This document shows positions 1 to 10,873 of a stretch of DNA of 64,000 nucleotides, piece after piece; within the stretch, counting starts at the first letter, position 1; every line of letters begins with the position of its first letter. The notes under the pieces were generated by a model. That model did no database searches. It was not told the origin of the DNA and was given only the letters and a program-made list of their open reading frames with translations. The position numbers and the translations under genes were made by a program. Origin of the DNA: an uncultured Acidimicrobiia bacterium (lineage in GTDB: Bacteria; Acidobacteriota; Terriglobia; Versatilivoradales; Versatilivoraceae); the NCBI GenBank assembly GCA_963786955.1, contig CAWBAT010000005.1, positions 1,472,001 through 1,536,000 on the forward strand, written 5' to 3'.

Positions 1-965
1 GTCCCAGAACCTTGCCGGGAGTCGTTTTTGACGGAAGGCGAATCATTGGCAGTTCCGAGGCTATGGTCATGCAACAGGTGCCGAAGAGCCTTCTGATTAT
101 TGGGGCCGGCGCGATTGGTGTTGAATTCGCTTATTTTTACAATACTTTTGGATCTTCGGTCACCGTCGTGGAAATGATGCCAGCGATTCTTCCCATCGAA
201 GACAAGGAAATCTCAGACTTATTAGCGAAATCGTTCAAAAAGACTGGCATTCAATTGCTCACCGGAACAAAAGTTGTCTCTTTGAAAGCTGAGGGCGACC
301 GGGTGAACGCCGTTTTGGAAAACTCCAAGGGAGAACGCTCCGAGAGCAGTGCCGAAGTTGCTTTGATGGCTGTGGGTGTCCTGGGAAACACGGAGGGGCT
401 CGGTCTGGAAAAATTGGGCGTCAAAGTAGAGAAAGGATCGATTCCGGTTAATTCAGATTTTCAAACTACTATTCCTGGCGTGTACGCCATTGGTGATGTC
501 ATCGGGCCACCGTGGCTGGCCCATGTGGCTTCAGCCGAAGCGATTTCTGCAGTTGAGGGGATGGCAGGACTCAAAGACCGGCTTCAAGTGAATTACCAGA
601 ATATTCCAGGTTGCACCTATTGCCAGCCACAAGTTGCCAGTATTGGCTTAACCGAAGAGAAGGCCCGTGAAAAAGGTTATGAGCTCAAGATTGGCCGGTT
701 CCCTTTCAGCGCCAGCGGGAAAGCCAAAGCCACCGGAGAGACTGAAGGGTTGGTGAAATTGATCTTCGATGCCAAATATGGAGAGTTGCTGGGCGCTCAC
801 CTCCTCGGGTCTGAAGCCACTGAGATGATTGCGGAACTGGGGCTGGCTAAGAATCTTGAAGCCACTTACGAAGAAATATCCAAGACAGTTCATGCCCATC
901 CAACTTTGTCTGAAGCAGTCATGGATGCAGCAGCAGACGCAGCTGGAGAATCGATCAACCAGTAA
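1..965 (+). CDS. lpdA: Dihydrolipoamide dehydrogenase (5' truncated by window edge)
   Basis: GAGAIGVE NAD-binding motif, YAIGD, WLAHVASAE, C-terminal HAHPTLSE; frame is open to the window start. Confidence 0.95.
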   Translation, partial: PRTLPGVVFDGRRIIGSSEAMVMQQVPKSLLIIGAGAIGVEFAYFYNTFGSSVTVVEMMPAILPIEDKEISDLLAKSFKKTGIQLLTGTKVVSLKAEGDRVNAVLENSKGERSESSAEVALMAVGVLGNTEGLGLEKLGVKVEKGSIPVNSDFQTTIPGVYAIGDVIGPPWLAHVASAEAISAVEGMAGLKDRLQVNYQNIPGCTYCQPQVASIGLTEEKAREKGYELKIGRFPFSASGKAKATGETEGLVKLIFDAKYGELLGAHLLGSEATEMIAELGLAKNLEATYEEISKTVHAHPTLSEAVMDAAADAAGESINQ

Positions 966-1177
966 TCTGGAGTACTGAGTCCGGAGTCAACCGCATCAAT
1001 GCGTAGCTTGTGGGAAATTCGGTTCTATCTCTTGCGACACAGCAACGCCTTGCACCTCGTTTGATATGAATGGAGCGCGGAGCTCTGCGACGCCGCTCTC
1101 CGTAGAAGAACCACGCCGGATCTCGCTGTGCTTTGCCTCCCACGAGGGCACGATCAAGGATCTTTCCCTTTCTCAAA

Positions 1178-2578
1178 ATGGTCGAAATTCCCGATTACTT
1201 CCGTCCATTAGGTTCTACTGGCATGTATTGCCACCCATTGGGTTTTGGGTGCTACCGGATAGCGGATGGCAACCCGGAGCATGAAGCAGCGTTGCGGTCT
1301 TACCTCGACCAAGGCGGGAACCTTATCGACACCAGCACCAATTATGTAGACGGACTTTCAGAAATTCTAGTAGGAAAGGTTGTCCGGGATTACCCCCGCG
1401 AGCAAGTCATTGTTGTGACCAAAGCGGGATACATCCAAGGCCAGATTATGGAACTGGCGCGTTCGCGAGCGTTTCCTGAAGTCGTCCAGTATGATGAAGG
1501 AATTTGGCATTGCATCCACCCTGAATTTCTTGAAACACAGATTGAACTCTCACGAGAACGACTGCAACGCGATGTGCTGGATGTCTTGCTGTTGCACAAT
1601 CCGGAATATTTCTTAATTCACCAGTCCCATCACAAGGCTGTTGATGCCTCTGATCAAGTGGAGTTCTACCAAAAAATCCGCGAAACCTTCCGTTTCCTGG
1701 AAGAAAAAGTCAGGCAAGGTCAAATTCGTTGGTACGGAATCAGCTCTAACAATTATGGTCTTCCGCTCGCTGATCCGACAATGACGAGCGTCAGCCGTTG
1801 CTTATTCGAGGCTGAGGCCTTGTCTTCCGATCATCACTTCAAAGTGGTCCAACTTCCCTTGAATTTGGCTGAAAATGGTGGTGCCTTGGAACCAAACAAC
1901 GACGGCAGTACGGTTCTGGAGTTTTGTCAGCAACATGGTCTGGCAGTTATGGCAAACCGGCCGCTCAATATTTCCTGTAACGGTCGGTTCATCCGTTTGG
2001 CAGATTTTGCGCCACCTGGGCGCAAGCCTCCAGGTAAGAAAAGTCTCCTTGAACTGCTGGAACCTTTGAGGCAGCATGAGAAGATTGGTACTGAGATGGG
2101 AATATCATCTTCAGATGGGCGAAGTGCCGGACTTCCTCAGATGCTAGAACAAATCGTGTCCCAGGCCAAATCCGTGGAGCACTGGAATCTGCTGATGGGG
2201 CGATATGTCATTCCTCCCCTCAAGCGATGGATTACCGACTCCAGCCAAAGAAACTCGGACAATGTGTTATGGCAGCAATGGCTTGATAAGTTCTTTCATC
2301 TAATCAGTACTACTTTCGAAGCAACGGAACGATTTATCCAATCTCGACAGCAACCGGGTTCAGACCGAGTTCGCAATCATCTCAGTGAGGGCGGGTACCC
2401 CCAAACCCCTCATTCCCTTAGCCAGATCGCTTTGGGAATCCTCTTGAATCTTCAAGGACTTTCTTGTGTTCTCAACGGGATGAGGCGACCTTCATACGTG
2501 GCGGATGCGTTCGGCAGTCGCTACACTCCTAGAGTCGATGCGCTTAAAACTCTTGGGCATTTCAAGAGCTTTACCTAA
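1178..2578 (+). CDS. Aldo/keto reductase family protein
   Basis: LGFGCY, IDTSTNY..G.SE, VVTKAG, LDVLLLHNPE, YGISSN, GMRRPSYV; start placed at ATG 1178. Confidence 0.85.
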   Translation: MVEIPDYFRPLGSTGMYCHPLGFGCYRIADGNPEHEAALRSYLDQGGNLIDTSTNYVDGLSEILVGKVVRDYPREQVIVVTKAGYIQGQIMELARSRAFPEVVQYDEGIWHCIHPEFLETQIELSRERLQRDVLDVLLLHNPEYFLIHQSHHKAVDASDQVEFYQKIRETFRFLEEKVRQGQIRWYGISSNNYGLPLADPTMTSVSRCLFEAEALSSDHHFKVVQLPLNLAENGGALEPNNDGSTVLEFCQQHGLAVMANRPLNISCNGRFIRLADFAPPGRKPPGKKSLLELLEPLRQHEKIGTEMGISSSDGRSAGLPQMLEQIVSQAKSVEHWNLLMGRYVIPPLKRWITDSSQRNSDNVLWQQWLDKFFHLISTTFEATERFIQSRQQPGSDRVRNHLSEGGYPQTPHSLSQIALGILLNLQGLSCVLNGMRRPSYVADAFGSRYTPRVDALKTLGHFKSFT

Positions 2579-2660
2579 AGCCTCGACAGAAAGATACCGA
2601 AATAATAGATGAAGGGTCGTAATCCATCGGATTGCAATCCCGTGAAAATTTCTGGCGTCC

Positions 2661-3314
2661 ATGAACAACATTGGTTTATCAATGATTCTATTCGCAAATA
2701 TCATCGCCATACTTCTTTCAGTGATAGCCTTTGCCTTCTCGGTTTATACCCTGTGGGTTGTCCGTGTCTCCCCTTTCAAGCTGATTGTCTATTCTCCCGC
2801 TGTTTCGTGTGTCAATCCTCAGGAATCCGCTTTGGTATTAGATCTGATGTTTCACAATCCTGGTAGGGTCCGGGCTGCGGTACTGGATATCGACGCCTCA
2901 CTCTTGAAGCAAAACCACTTGAAACCCTTTCTGCGGTTAAAACCTCAAGCATTTCATCGCACTTTTTTCCCTGCGGGGGACCTGAAGACTCCTCAGTCTG
3001 TCATCTCTCGCTTTACCCCGATTACGGTTGATCCGGGTCAAACTGTCAGTAAGACGGTATACTTTCGTCCTCCGGCAGAAGAAAACAGTTCGGTGGTTCG
3101 AAGTAGTTACACTGAATGGGAAACCATTCGGGTTTCCTTCAAGGTCAATGGAAACTGGAATAAACGAACGGTCAGTATCAAGCGATCTGAGTTTGAAGGG
3201 TATCAATCTGCTCAGACCGAGCAATCCCCCTTGAGATTTCCTTTTATCGCCACCTATTACCCGGATATCCAACCTCTCCACCTTCGTGGGACCTTCTTCG
3301 ATCTTGCCTACTGA
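2661..3314 (+). CDS. Hypothetical membrane-anchored protein
   Basis: 217-aa ORF with N-terminal hydrophobic helix followed by a beta-rich soluble domain. Confidence 0.6.
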   Translation: MNNIGLSMILFANIIAILLSVIAFAFSVYTLWVVRVSPFKLIVYSPAVSCVNPQESALVLDLMFHNPGRVRAAVLDIDASLLKQNHLKPFLRLKPQAFHRTFFPAGDLKTPQSVISRFTPITVDPGQTVSKTVYFRPPAEENSSVVRSSYTEWETIRVSFKVNGNWNKRTVSIKRSEFEGYQSAQTEQSPLRFPFIATYYPDIQPLHLRGTFFDLAY

Positions 3315-3393
3315 ATCGTTTAATCAAGATTCCCTCCCCTTTTTACTGGTTTTGCTTAGAAGGAGCCATTAGAATGAGACAGCTAATCGCGTT

Positions 3394-4095
3394 ATGATTC
3401 CCCTCAAAGATATTAACCGTTCACAAAGCTATCCTCTCATCACGGTTTTCTTGATTATCCTCAATGGGCTGGTTTTTGTTTTCGAATATTCTCTTGGTCA
3501 GCGAGGGCTGCTCAACCGTTTTATTTATGAATTCGGAGTGGTGCCAGCTTTCTTCACGAGTTCAAAATATTGGGCGCAAAACGGGATCCTTCTCGGTCTT
3601 TTCCCCTTATTTTCTTCCATGTTTCTTCATGGCGGTTGGCTTCATTTCTTCGGAAACATGCTCTACTTGTGGGTTTTTGGAGACAATGTAGAAGATCGTT
3701 TAGGACATTTCCGCTATCTGTTCTTCTATTTGATTTGTGGCTTGGCAGCTGCTCTTTTCCATATTGTCACTAATCCCAGCTCGACTTTGCCCACTGTAGG
3801 AGCAAGCGGGGCGATTGCCGGCGTTCTTGGAGCTTATTTAGTTCTCTTCCCGGGCGCTAGAGTCCTGACCTTATTCCCCATCTTCTTTTTTTTCCAGTTG
3901 GTTGAGATTCCAGCGCTCCTCTTTATTGGGTTCTGGTTTGTCATGCAATTCTTCAGTGGAGCACTCTCATTTGTTGCTGCCAAAGGGCAGATGGGGGGCA
4001 CGGCTTGGTGGGCTCATATTGGAGGATTTGTTGCCGGAATACTCATGATCTGGCGAAGCAGAAATCAACTGCGGCGCAGGATCTCCTACTACTGA
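3394..4095 (+). CDS. Rhomboid family intramembrane serine protease
   Basis: MFLHGGWLHFFGNM, catalytic GASG, WWAHIGGF. Confidence 0.95.
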   Translation: MIPLKDINRSQSYPLITVFLIILNGLVFVFEYSLGQRGLLNRFIYEFGVVPAFFTSSKYWAQNGILLGLFPLFSSMFLHGGWLHFFGNMLYLWVFGDNVEDRLGHFRYLFFYLICGLAAALFHIVTNPSSTLPTVGASGAIAGVLGAYLVLFPGARVLTLFPIFFFFQLVEIPALLFIGFWFVMQFFSGALSFVAAKGQMGGTAWWAHIGGFVAGILMIWRSRNQLRRRISYY

Positions 4096-4136
4096 AGTTT
4101 GTGCGATTTTTCTTTGATTCATGAGAGCGCCTCTCT

Positions 4137-5624
4137 ATGATTCTTGCCCTTGATATTGGAAGTTCGTCAGTGCGCGCAGGCCTTTATAGTCGGGAAGGTC
4201 AGCCTGAGCAAGGCTTGAATGCGCGACGTATTTATGACCTGAGTACCACCGCTGACGGGGGTGCTGAAGTCCAGGCGGATTTTCTCTTTGAGCTCGTCGG
4301 CCAGGCCATTGATGAGGTCCTTTTGAAGGGCGAGTCGAGTTCCGAAGAGATCGACGCAGTCGCAATATCTACTTTCTGGCATAATATGCTGGGCCTGGAT
4401 TCGGCTCAAGAGCCATTGACGCCGGTTTATTCATGGGCCGACACACGGAGTACCCGGGCTGCAGAGCAGTTGAAACGGCTGTTGAGCGAAGAATCCTGTC
4501 ATGCCCGGACGGGAACCGTATTCCACCCGAGCTTTCTGCCTGCGAAATTGTTATGGCTGCGTGAAGGCCAGCCACAGGTCTGGAAGCGCACAGCCCGCTG
4601 GATGTCTTTTGGGGAATACCTTCTATTGAAGTTATTCGGAGAAACGGTGTGCAGCATTTCGATGGCTTCTGGGACAGGGCTGCTAGACCAGTTTCGTTGC
4701 TGTTGGGATGAAGAGATCCTGAATGTGCTGTCGCTCAGTCCCGAGCGACTCTCTCCGTTGAGCGACTTCCATACATCGCTTCAGGGCCTTCGGGTCATCT
4801 ATGCGCGCCGCTGGCCTAGACTCCGTTCCGTTCCCTGGTTTCCTGCGCTGGGTGATGGAGCGTGCAGTAACATTGGCAGTGGTTGTTTTGACTCAAAGCG
4901 GGTTGCCTTGATGGTTGGGACTTCAGGCGCCATGAGAGTTTGCTTAAATCGGGAACCTTCCGTGATTCCCCCGGGCCTATGGTGTTATCATGTGGACCGT
5001 CGCCGATTTCTGATGGGCGGGGCTCTCAGCAATGGCGGAATCCTTTTTGAATGGCTACATGAGACTCTGCGAGTTGAGGATAATCCGGAAGCACTGGAGC
5101 AAATGATTTCGGCTCAGAGTCCAACGGCTCATGGTCTGACGATGCTCCCCTTCCTGGCTGGGGAACGCAGCCCTGGTTGGAAAGGACACGCGCGAGCAGC
5201 CATCGTCGGCCTAAGTTTGCATACCCGCCCTGTTGAGATATTGAGAGCGGGACTTGAATCCGTTGCCTATCGATTCGCGAAAATCGCCTCTTTGCTCAAG
5301 AAAGCTGTGCCCGACTCTGTGGAAATCGTTGCCTCCGGGGGAGCGCTGCTGAAGTCGCCAGCTTGGACCCAGATAATGGCAGATGTCATTGGCCAGCCGA
5401 TGATTACTTCAGCAGTGGCAGAAGCTTCCAGCCGAGGGGCTGCCCTGCTTGCACTTGAAGCCATGAAAATCATTTCCGATTTCAACCAGCTGCCCAATCC
5501 GGTTGGCCACATCTATCTCCCCGATCCTAAGAAACACGAAATCTACGCGAACGCCATGAATAGGCAAGACGAGCTTTACGAGCTTTTGGTCAATCAAATC
5601 AGCTCTTCGACAATTCAGAATTGA
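4137..5624 (+). CDS. gntK: Gluconokinase (FGGY sugar kinase family)
   Basis: LDIGSSS, STFWH, WADTRS, GDGACSNIG, GTSGAMR, PFLAGERSP. Confidence 0.85.
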   Translation: MILALDIGSSSVRAGLYSREGQPEQGLNARRIYDLSTTADGGAEVQADFLFELVGQAIDEVLLKGESSSEEIDAVAISTFWHNMLGLDSAQEPLTPVYSWADTRSTRAAEQLKRLLSEESCHARTGTVFHPSFLPAKLLWLREGQPQVWKRTARWMSFGEYLLLKLFGETVCSISMASGTGLLDQFRCCWDEEILNVLSLSPERLSPLSDFHTSLQGLRVIYARRWPRLRSVPWFPALGDGACSNIGSGCFDSKRVALMVGTSGAMRVCLNREPSVIPPGLWCYHVDRRRFLMGGALSNGGILFEWLHETLRVEDNPEALEQMISAQSPTAHGLTMLPFLAGERSPGWKGHARAAIVGLSLHTRPVEILRAGLESVAYRFAKIASLLKKAVPDSVEIVASGGALLKSPAWTQIMADVIGQPMITSAVAEASSRGAALLALEAMKIISDFNQLPNPVGHIYLPDPKKHEIYANAMNRQDELYELLVNQISSSTIQN

Positions 5625-5630
5625 AAAGTC

Positions 5631-5703
5631 CGAGTTCCCCCTTGGAGGATTTCATGAATCGCAATCCGTCGAGCACACTCGATTCACTTTCTTCCAAGGC
5701 TCG
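5631..5703. terminator. Long imperfect hairpin between convergent genes (probable bidirectional terminator)
   Basis: ccttggagga pairs with tcttccaagg; tgaatcg pairs with cgattca. Confidence 0.45.
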
Positions 5704-5716
5704 TTCGGTATTTCAG

Positions 5717-6763
5717 TTACGATTCGCGCACCGGATCCGCCTCTTTCACACCCCCCACTCCTGCCTCTGCTTCCATTTTCGATAGCCGATTTAAGGTCAA
5801 CCCCTCTCGATTGAGAAAATACAAGCCGAGGATCATTACAGGCACCGCCGAGACGAGGTAACAACCATTGCTAATTCCTGCCGCTTGAGATACCGGATCC
5901 ATTTCTGAAAGATAGCGAGAAAAAAAATTAACTAGCCCAAGATTCATGAAAAACTGAAACCCCCCCACTCCTCCCGGTGTCGGGATCGCCACACCCACGA
6001 CTGTAATCGCCATAAGAAAAAGTGCGCCTGGAAACGGAAAAATTTCCAGGTAGGCGTGCAGCATCGACCAGAGTTGCAAGGTAATTGCAACCCAGATCGC
6101 AAGTGATAGAACCATAGTCTTCAGGAGCACCTCACCTTTTTGCAGCCCCTTAAACCCACTTAGAAATGAGCGCAACAGGTTTTGAGGCCCATGGGGGAGC
6201 CTGCTCAACCAGCTGTCTTTCCAAAGGAGGAACGCCAGCAGCCCAAAGAATAGGCACAATCCCACGAGTCCTTTCAGCGAATACTTCTGTATAATTCCCA
6301 TAATTTCGCGCCCGCGGTCGGAATTAGGCGCAAAACGGTCGGCGTAAAAAGAAAGATAAAACCCGAAGATGAAAACGACGGTAAACATGTCCAGGATTCG
6401 CTCCAACAGTGAGGCCGCGATGACCGATGCTACGGAGATTTTTTCCTTGCGTGCTAGAACAACTGAGGCGGCCACCTCGCCAGCCCTCGGGGGAATGGCA
6501 TTTAGCACGTACTTCACAAGGGTCAACGAAAAAAGATTCCGATATGAAATCCCGTGTTTGACAGGAGAAAGCAGTATCCCCCAGCGAAGCGCTCGCAGAA
6601 GCATATGCAACATTACAAATAAGAAACCGGTCAATAGCCAGAGGGGTTTCCCCTGGATCATCACGTGCCAGGCAAGATGCCAATCCGGCACCCCCCTATA
6701 GACCAGGTAACCGATGAGGACAGTCAGCCCGAGACTTATTCCAATCTGTCCGGCTTTCTTCAT
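5717..6763 (-). CDS. Lysylphosphatidylglycerol synthase TM-region / UPF0104 flippase-like membrane protein
   Basis: RALRW, P.RAGEV, LERILD, PTPGGVG motifs; many TM helices; start placed at MKKAGQ. Confidence 0.85.
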   Translation of the reverse strand: MKKAGQIGISLGLTVLIGYLVYRGVPDWHLAWHVMIQGKPLWLLTGFLFVMLHMLLRALRWGILLSPVKHGISYRNLFSLTLVKYVLNAIPPRAGEVAASVVLARKEKISVASVIAASLLERILDMFTVVFIFGFYLSFYADRFAPNSDRGREIMGIIQKYSLKGLVGLCLFFGLLAFLLWKDSWLSRLPHGPQNLLRSFLSGFKGLQKGEVLLKTMVLSLAIWVAITLQLWSMLHAYLEIFPFPGALFLMAITVVGVAIPTPGGVGGFQFFMNLGLVNFFSRYLSEMDPVSQAAGISNGCYLVSAVPVMILGLYFLNREGLTLNRLSKMEAEAGVGGVKEADPVRES

Positions 6764-7057
6764 GAAGTTTCCTTTTGGGTTGAACAGGACTGCATCGCTT
6801 TGTGCAAAATGCAAAACTATCACGCGGCAGAGATTTTCTCAACCTGCGAACAAATGACCGATAAGAGGACCCCTGAATTTCAGGCGCCCGAATATTCCGT
6901 CGGGGGCATACAGCGCGCGGGTTTCAACTCAAACTCTAAAGCCCGAGTCTATCTTCAGGCAGAAGGCTGTCTCCCCACCTGTACTGAGGGAGTCTCGAAT
7001 CAATATGCTATACTTTTATCCTTTCCTGGTCGTTGGGGCTCGATTCTTAAACAACTC

Positions 7058-8560
7058 ATGACAAAACTAGAACTCCTAAAGATAAGACTCGCGGAAGTAT
7101 GTGACCTGAATAACAGTGCATCCGTACTCGGTTGGGACCAACAAACCTTTATGCCTCACGGAGCCGGTATGAGCAGGGCGGAACAACTGGCAACGTTGGG
7201 TCGACTTTCCCATGAAAAGTTTGTCACTCCAGAAATTGGAGAACTGATTGAAGGCAGTGGGCTGGAGTGTGCGGACTCCCCCTATGAATCGGACGAAGCC
7301 AGTCTTGTTCGAATTGTTCGAAGAGAGTACGAACGGGCCTGCAAAATCCCACCATCCTTGGTGGCTGACATTGCGAGAGCCTCTTCACTTGGGATGGAAG
7401 CCTGGTTAACGGCCCGTGAACGGGCTAACTTCAGCTTGTTTCAGGATGCGCTGGAAAGAATTTTTGAGTTACATCGTCAACTCTCTGCGTGTTTGGGATT
7501 TCGCGACAACATTTATGATCCCTTGTTAGACCATTACGAACCGGGAATGACAACCTCTTTATTGAAAGAACTGTTTGCCGAGCTGAAGCAAACCCTCATT
7601 CCACTAGTCCACAAAGTTTCTCAGAAATTGGATTTCGTGGACGATTCGGTTTTGCACTGTCATTATGCCGAAAAAGCCCAATGGGACTTCGGAGTAGAAG
7701 CGCTCAAGAGAATAGGATTTGACTTCGAGAGAGGCCGGCTAGATAAGTCCGTGCATCCCTTTACAACTTCTTTTTCTATTAATGATGTTCGCATGACAAC
7801 CCGGATTGAGGAGAATTACTTCCCGGGGGCTTTCGGAGGAACCCTCCACGAAGGAGGGCATGCCCTGTACGAACAAGGAGTCAGCCCCGCCTTAGAGCGA
7901 ACTTTTCTGGCGGGAGGGGCTTCTCTAGGAGTCCATGAATCCCAATCGAGGCTTTGGGAGAACATCATTGGTAAGAGTCGAGGGTTCTGGAAATTTTTTC
8001 TCCCTAGGCTCCGGGAAAAGTTTCCTGAAAACTTAAGCCGTTGTTCACTCGATGATTTCTTCCGCGCGCTGAATCGCGTCATGCCTTCTTTCATTCGAAT
8101 CGAGGCAGATGAGCTGACGTACAACTTGCATATTCTTCTCCGCTATGAACTCGAAATCGATTTGCTGGAAGATCGCCTTCAAGTGGCGGACTTACCGGCT
8201 GCTTGGAATTCGAAAATGAACGAATACCTCAGCCTTGTTCCTTCCAATGATGCCCAAGGCGTCTTGCAGGACGTTCATTGGTCGAACGGTTTAATTGGCT
8301 ACTTTCCGACTTATACTTTGGGGAACCTCATTTCCGCACAGATTTTTGAAAAGGCCACTGAACTCCAGCCGGAGATTCTCTCGGCGATCGAAAACGGAGA
8401 GTTTCTGCCCTTGCTCCAATGGTTAAGGAAAAATATCCACTGGCATGGGAGGAAGTTTACCTCCCAGGAAATATTAAAACGAACCACAGGAGAGTCCCTC
8501 CAACCCTCCTATTACCTGCGCTATCTTCAGAAAAAATATGCAGAAATTTATCAACTCTGA
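7058..8560 (+). CDS. Carboxypeptidase M32 (Taq-type)
   Basis: LGWDQQT, HPF, DVRMTT, HEGGH, HESQSR, IRIEADE, QDVHW, GYFPTY; start placed at MTKLELL. Confidence 0.95.
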   Translation: MTKLELLKIRLAEVCDLNNSASVLGWDQQTFMPHGAGMSRAEQLATLGRLSHEKFVTPEIGELIEGSGLECADSPYESDEASLVRIVRREYERACKIPPSLVADIARASSLGMEAWLTARERANFSLFQDALERIFELHRQLSACLGFRDNIYDPLLDHYEPGMTTSLLKELFAELKQTLIPLVHKVSQKLDFVDDSVLHCHYAEKAQWDFGVEALKRIGFDFERGRLDKSVHPFTTSFSINDVRMTTRIEENYFPGAFGGTLHEGGHALYEQGVSPALERTFLAGGASLGVHESQSRLWENIIGKSRGFWKFFLPRLREKFPENLSRCSLDDFFRALNRVMPSFIRIEADELTYNLHILLRYELEIDLLEDRLQVADLPAAWNSKMNEYLSLVPSNDAQGVLQDVHWSNGLIGYFPTYTLGNLISAQIFEKATELQPEILSAIENGEFLPLLQWLRKNIHWHGRKFTSQEILKRTTGESLQPSYYLRYLQKKYAEIYQL

Positions 8561-8735
8561 AAAGTCGCTGCCGACCGTCTTAGACCATGATTATCGAAAA
8601 GACATTCACCGAGAAATGGCCCAGTCTCTTCCTGAAAACAAATCTAAAATTCCAATATTTCTCGGCGGCATGAGCCCAATAGGCAGGCCGGTACTCATCA
8701 TCCCGTTGTAACGATTCTTCGATTGCGAGCAAATC

Positions 8736-9641
8736 ATGCCCGATGTCAGAGGGAAAGCAATTATTATTACCGGAGCCTCCTCCGGAATTGGTGAAGCGAC
8801 GGCCAGACTGCTGGCCCAAAAAGGCGCCGGTCTGACACTCGTGGCGCGGCGCCTGGACCGGCTTTTGGCGCTCAAAACCGATCTGGAGTCAGCCAGAGAG
8901 CATACGGAGCAAGGGACTGCGGGGCAGATCGTCGTGGTTCAGGCGGACGTCACAGTTGCCCGCGACAGGGAATGTATCATTCACGATACACTTCAGTCCT
9001 TCGGGAGAATTGATGGACTGGTCAATAATGCGGGATTTGGGCAACGGGGCCCCGTTGAGTTAGTACCTATTGAAGGCATTCGAAGCAACTTCGAAACCAA
9101 CTTATTTTCCCTGATTGCCCTGACCCAGGGGGTGATCCCGATCATGCGGGATCAGCAGAGTGGAAGAATTGTCAATGTGGGCTCCGTAGCCGGCAAAATT
9201 GCGAGACCGCTGTCTTCTATTTATGATGCGACGAAGCACGCACTGGAAGCCATCACGGACGGGTTGCGTGGCGAGTTGTCTCTATTTGGAATCCAAGTGG
9301 CTCTGATTGAGCCGGGATATATTCTTACTGAATTTCTTGATGTCTCCGATCGAGTCTCGAAATCGGTCCTGGAAAATCCCGGTTCGTACGCCCCCTACTT
9401 TGAAGAATTTTCAAAAACCCGACAGCGGGCAAAGGGTATCGCTGGGCACCCCCACCAGATTGCAGAGTTGATCCTTCAGGCCTTCACCGATGATCGCCCA
9501 CGCTTTCGCTATGCCGGACCGAAGCATGCTCATCTGTTTCTTGCCATGAAGCGGTTCCTTCCGGAAAGGTTGTTTGAATACTTTGTTCTGCGCTCAGTGG
9601 GACTTCATGCCGGGAAAGACAAAGTCCCTGGCTCATTTTGA
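8736..9641 (+). CDS. SDR family oxidoreductase
   Basis: TGASSGIG, VNNAG, catalytic YxxxK (YDATK). Confidence 0.93.
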   Translation: MPDVRGKAIIITGASSGIGEATARLLAQKGAGLTLVARRLDRLLALKTDLESAREHTEQGTAGQIVVVQADVTVARDRECIIHDTLQSFGRIDGLVNNAGFGQRGPVELVPIEGIRSNFETNLFSLIALTQGVIPIMRDQQSGRIVNVGSVAGKIARPLSSIYDATKHALEAITDGLRGELSLFGIQVALIEPGYILTEFLDVSDRVSKSVLENPGSYAPYFEEFSKTRQRAKGIAGHPHQIAELILQAFTDDRPRFRYAGPKHAHLFLAMKRFLPERLFEYFVLRSVGLHAGKDKVPGSF

Positions 9642-9698
9642 CATTCTCCCGTGTTGCGGGACCCGTCCGCCACTTGGAAAGGGGGGGCGAGGCTATCG

Positions 9699-10859
9699 TT
9701 AACTTTCATGAAGGAGTTCCATCAAAATTTGGGGAAATTTCCGAAGGAGCGTCAGTTTTAACGTTCGATAATTCTGCCTACCAGAGACAAATGAATTCAT
9801 CGTCGATTGGAGTACCGGGCATCTGCGGGTACATTGAACCATTCTTGTAATGAAATCACTTCCCAGAAACTTTCCAGCATAGAATCTGTCAAACAAGTTT
9901 GCTCCATGGATGAAGTCAGCCATGAAGTCATCCCGACAAGCCTGTGGGTATGTTCCCAAGTTTCTTTGTGAAACGGCCTCGGCCAGCAATTCACCGGAAC
10001 GCAGAGCATAGTAGATTCCTTCACAAGTGATCGGGTCACAGAAGCCTGCGGCATCACCGACCAGTGCCCAGCCGTCTCCACAAAAGGTGTTGTGGTGCAG
10101 TGACTCCGGGCGAAGGGATGGAATAAGAGAGCTATAAATGATCCGGTCCATCGACTCAAAAGCCTCTGGCGATAGAAAATCCTTCATGAATCCGTGGAGA
10201 TACTCCTTGAGCTCTTTCATCCCATAACGGTGCAGCCGGCCGCAAATTCCAATGGAAACATGCTCAGGGCGTGGAAATGCCCAAAGGTACCCGTGAAAAC
10301 TGGGATAGAACTTGATGATGATCCGGTCGTCCATTCCAACCGGTAAGCGATATCCAAAGGTGAGCATCAAGTCCTCTGCGGCAAAACGTGAGCCGAGAAT
10401 CTTTCGAACAAAACTGTTCACCCCGTCGGCTCCAACTAAGAAATCCGCTTCGTGGTTTGCCTGATCCGTCCGAATCAGCCATTGCGAGCCCGTTCTCGAA
10501 AACCCAAGAACTCGTTCCTGAAGGAAGTTGACCCCGTGTGATACGGCAAGGTCCAAGACTATCTTGTTCAGGGTGTTTCGAGAATAGATCGAAAGCGGTG
10601 AGGTCAAGGGAACCGTTACGTTTTGGTTTCGGGGAGAATGAACCTCGATCGCTTGGATGGCCCGATGGGGATGAAAGGCTTCCCGCAGGAATGGGTAGCG
10701 CTCAATCGCTTTAAACGTGACCCCTCCTCCGCAGGGTTTCTCCCATGCCGCACGATAATCAAAGAGGGTTACTTGAAAACCCTTTTGGGCAAGAATGGAA
10801 CTGCATAAGGCTCCACCCGGGCCTCCCCCAATGACGGCAATTTTCATCATACGGGACAT
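9699..10859 (-). CDS. Geranylgeranyl reductase-family FAD-dependent oxidoreductase
   Basis: GGGPGG, KPCGGG, GADG..S, GYLWAFP, GDAAGFCDPITCEGI. Confidence 0.85.
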   Translation of the reverse strand: MSRMMKIAVIGGGPGGALCSSILAQKGFQVTLFDYRAAWEKPCGGGVTFKAIERYPFLREAFHPHRAIQAIEVHSPRNQNVTVPLTSPLSIYSRNTLNKIVLDLAVSHGVNFLQERVLGFSRTGSQWLIRTDQANHEADFLVGADGVNSFVRKILGSRFAAEDLMLTFGYRLPVGMDDRIIIKFYPSFHGYLWAFPRPEHVSIGICGRLHRYGMKELKEYLHGFMKDFLSPEAFESMDRIIYSSLIPSLRPESLHHNTFCGDGWALVGDAAGFCDPITCEGIYYALRSGELLAEAVSQRNLGTYPQACRDDFMADFIHGANLFDRFYAGKFLGSDFITRMVQCTRRCPVLQSTMNSFVSGRQNYRTLKLTLLRKFPQILMELLHES

Positions 10860-10873
10860 TCCCCTGTAAATGA

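Noticed and set aside
6665-7057. 131-aa N-terminal extension of the M32 peptidase ORF
   Set aside because: Overlaps the divergent gene and intergenic DNA; family homology starts near 7058
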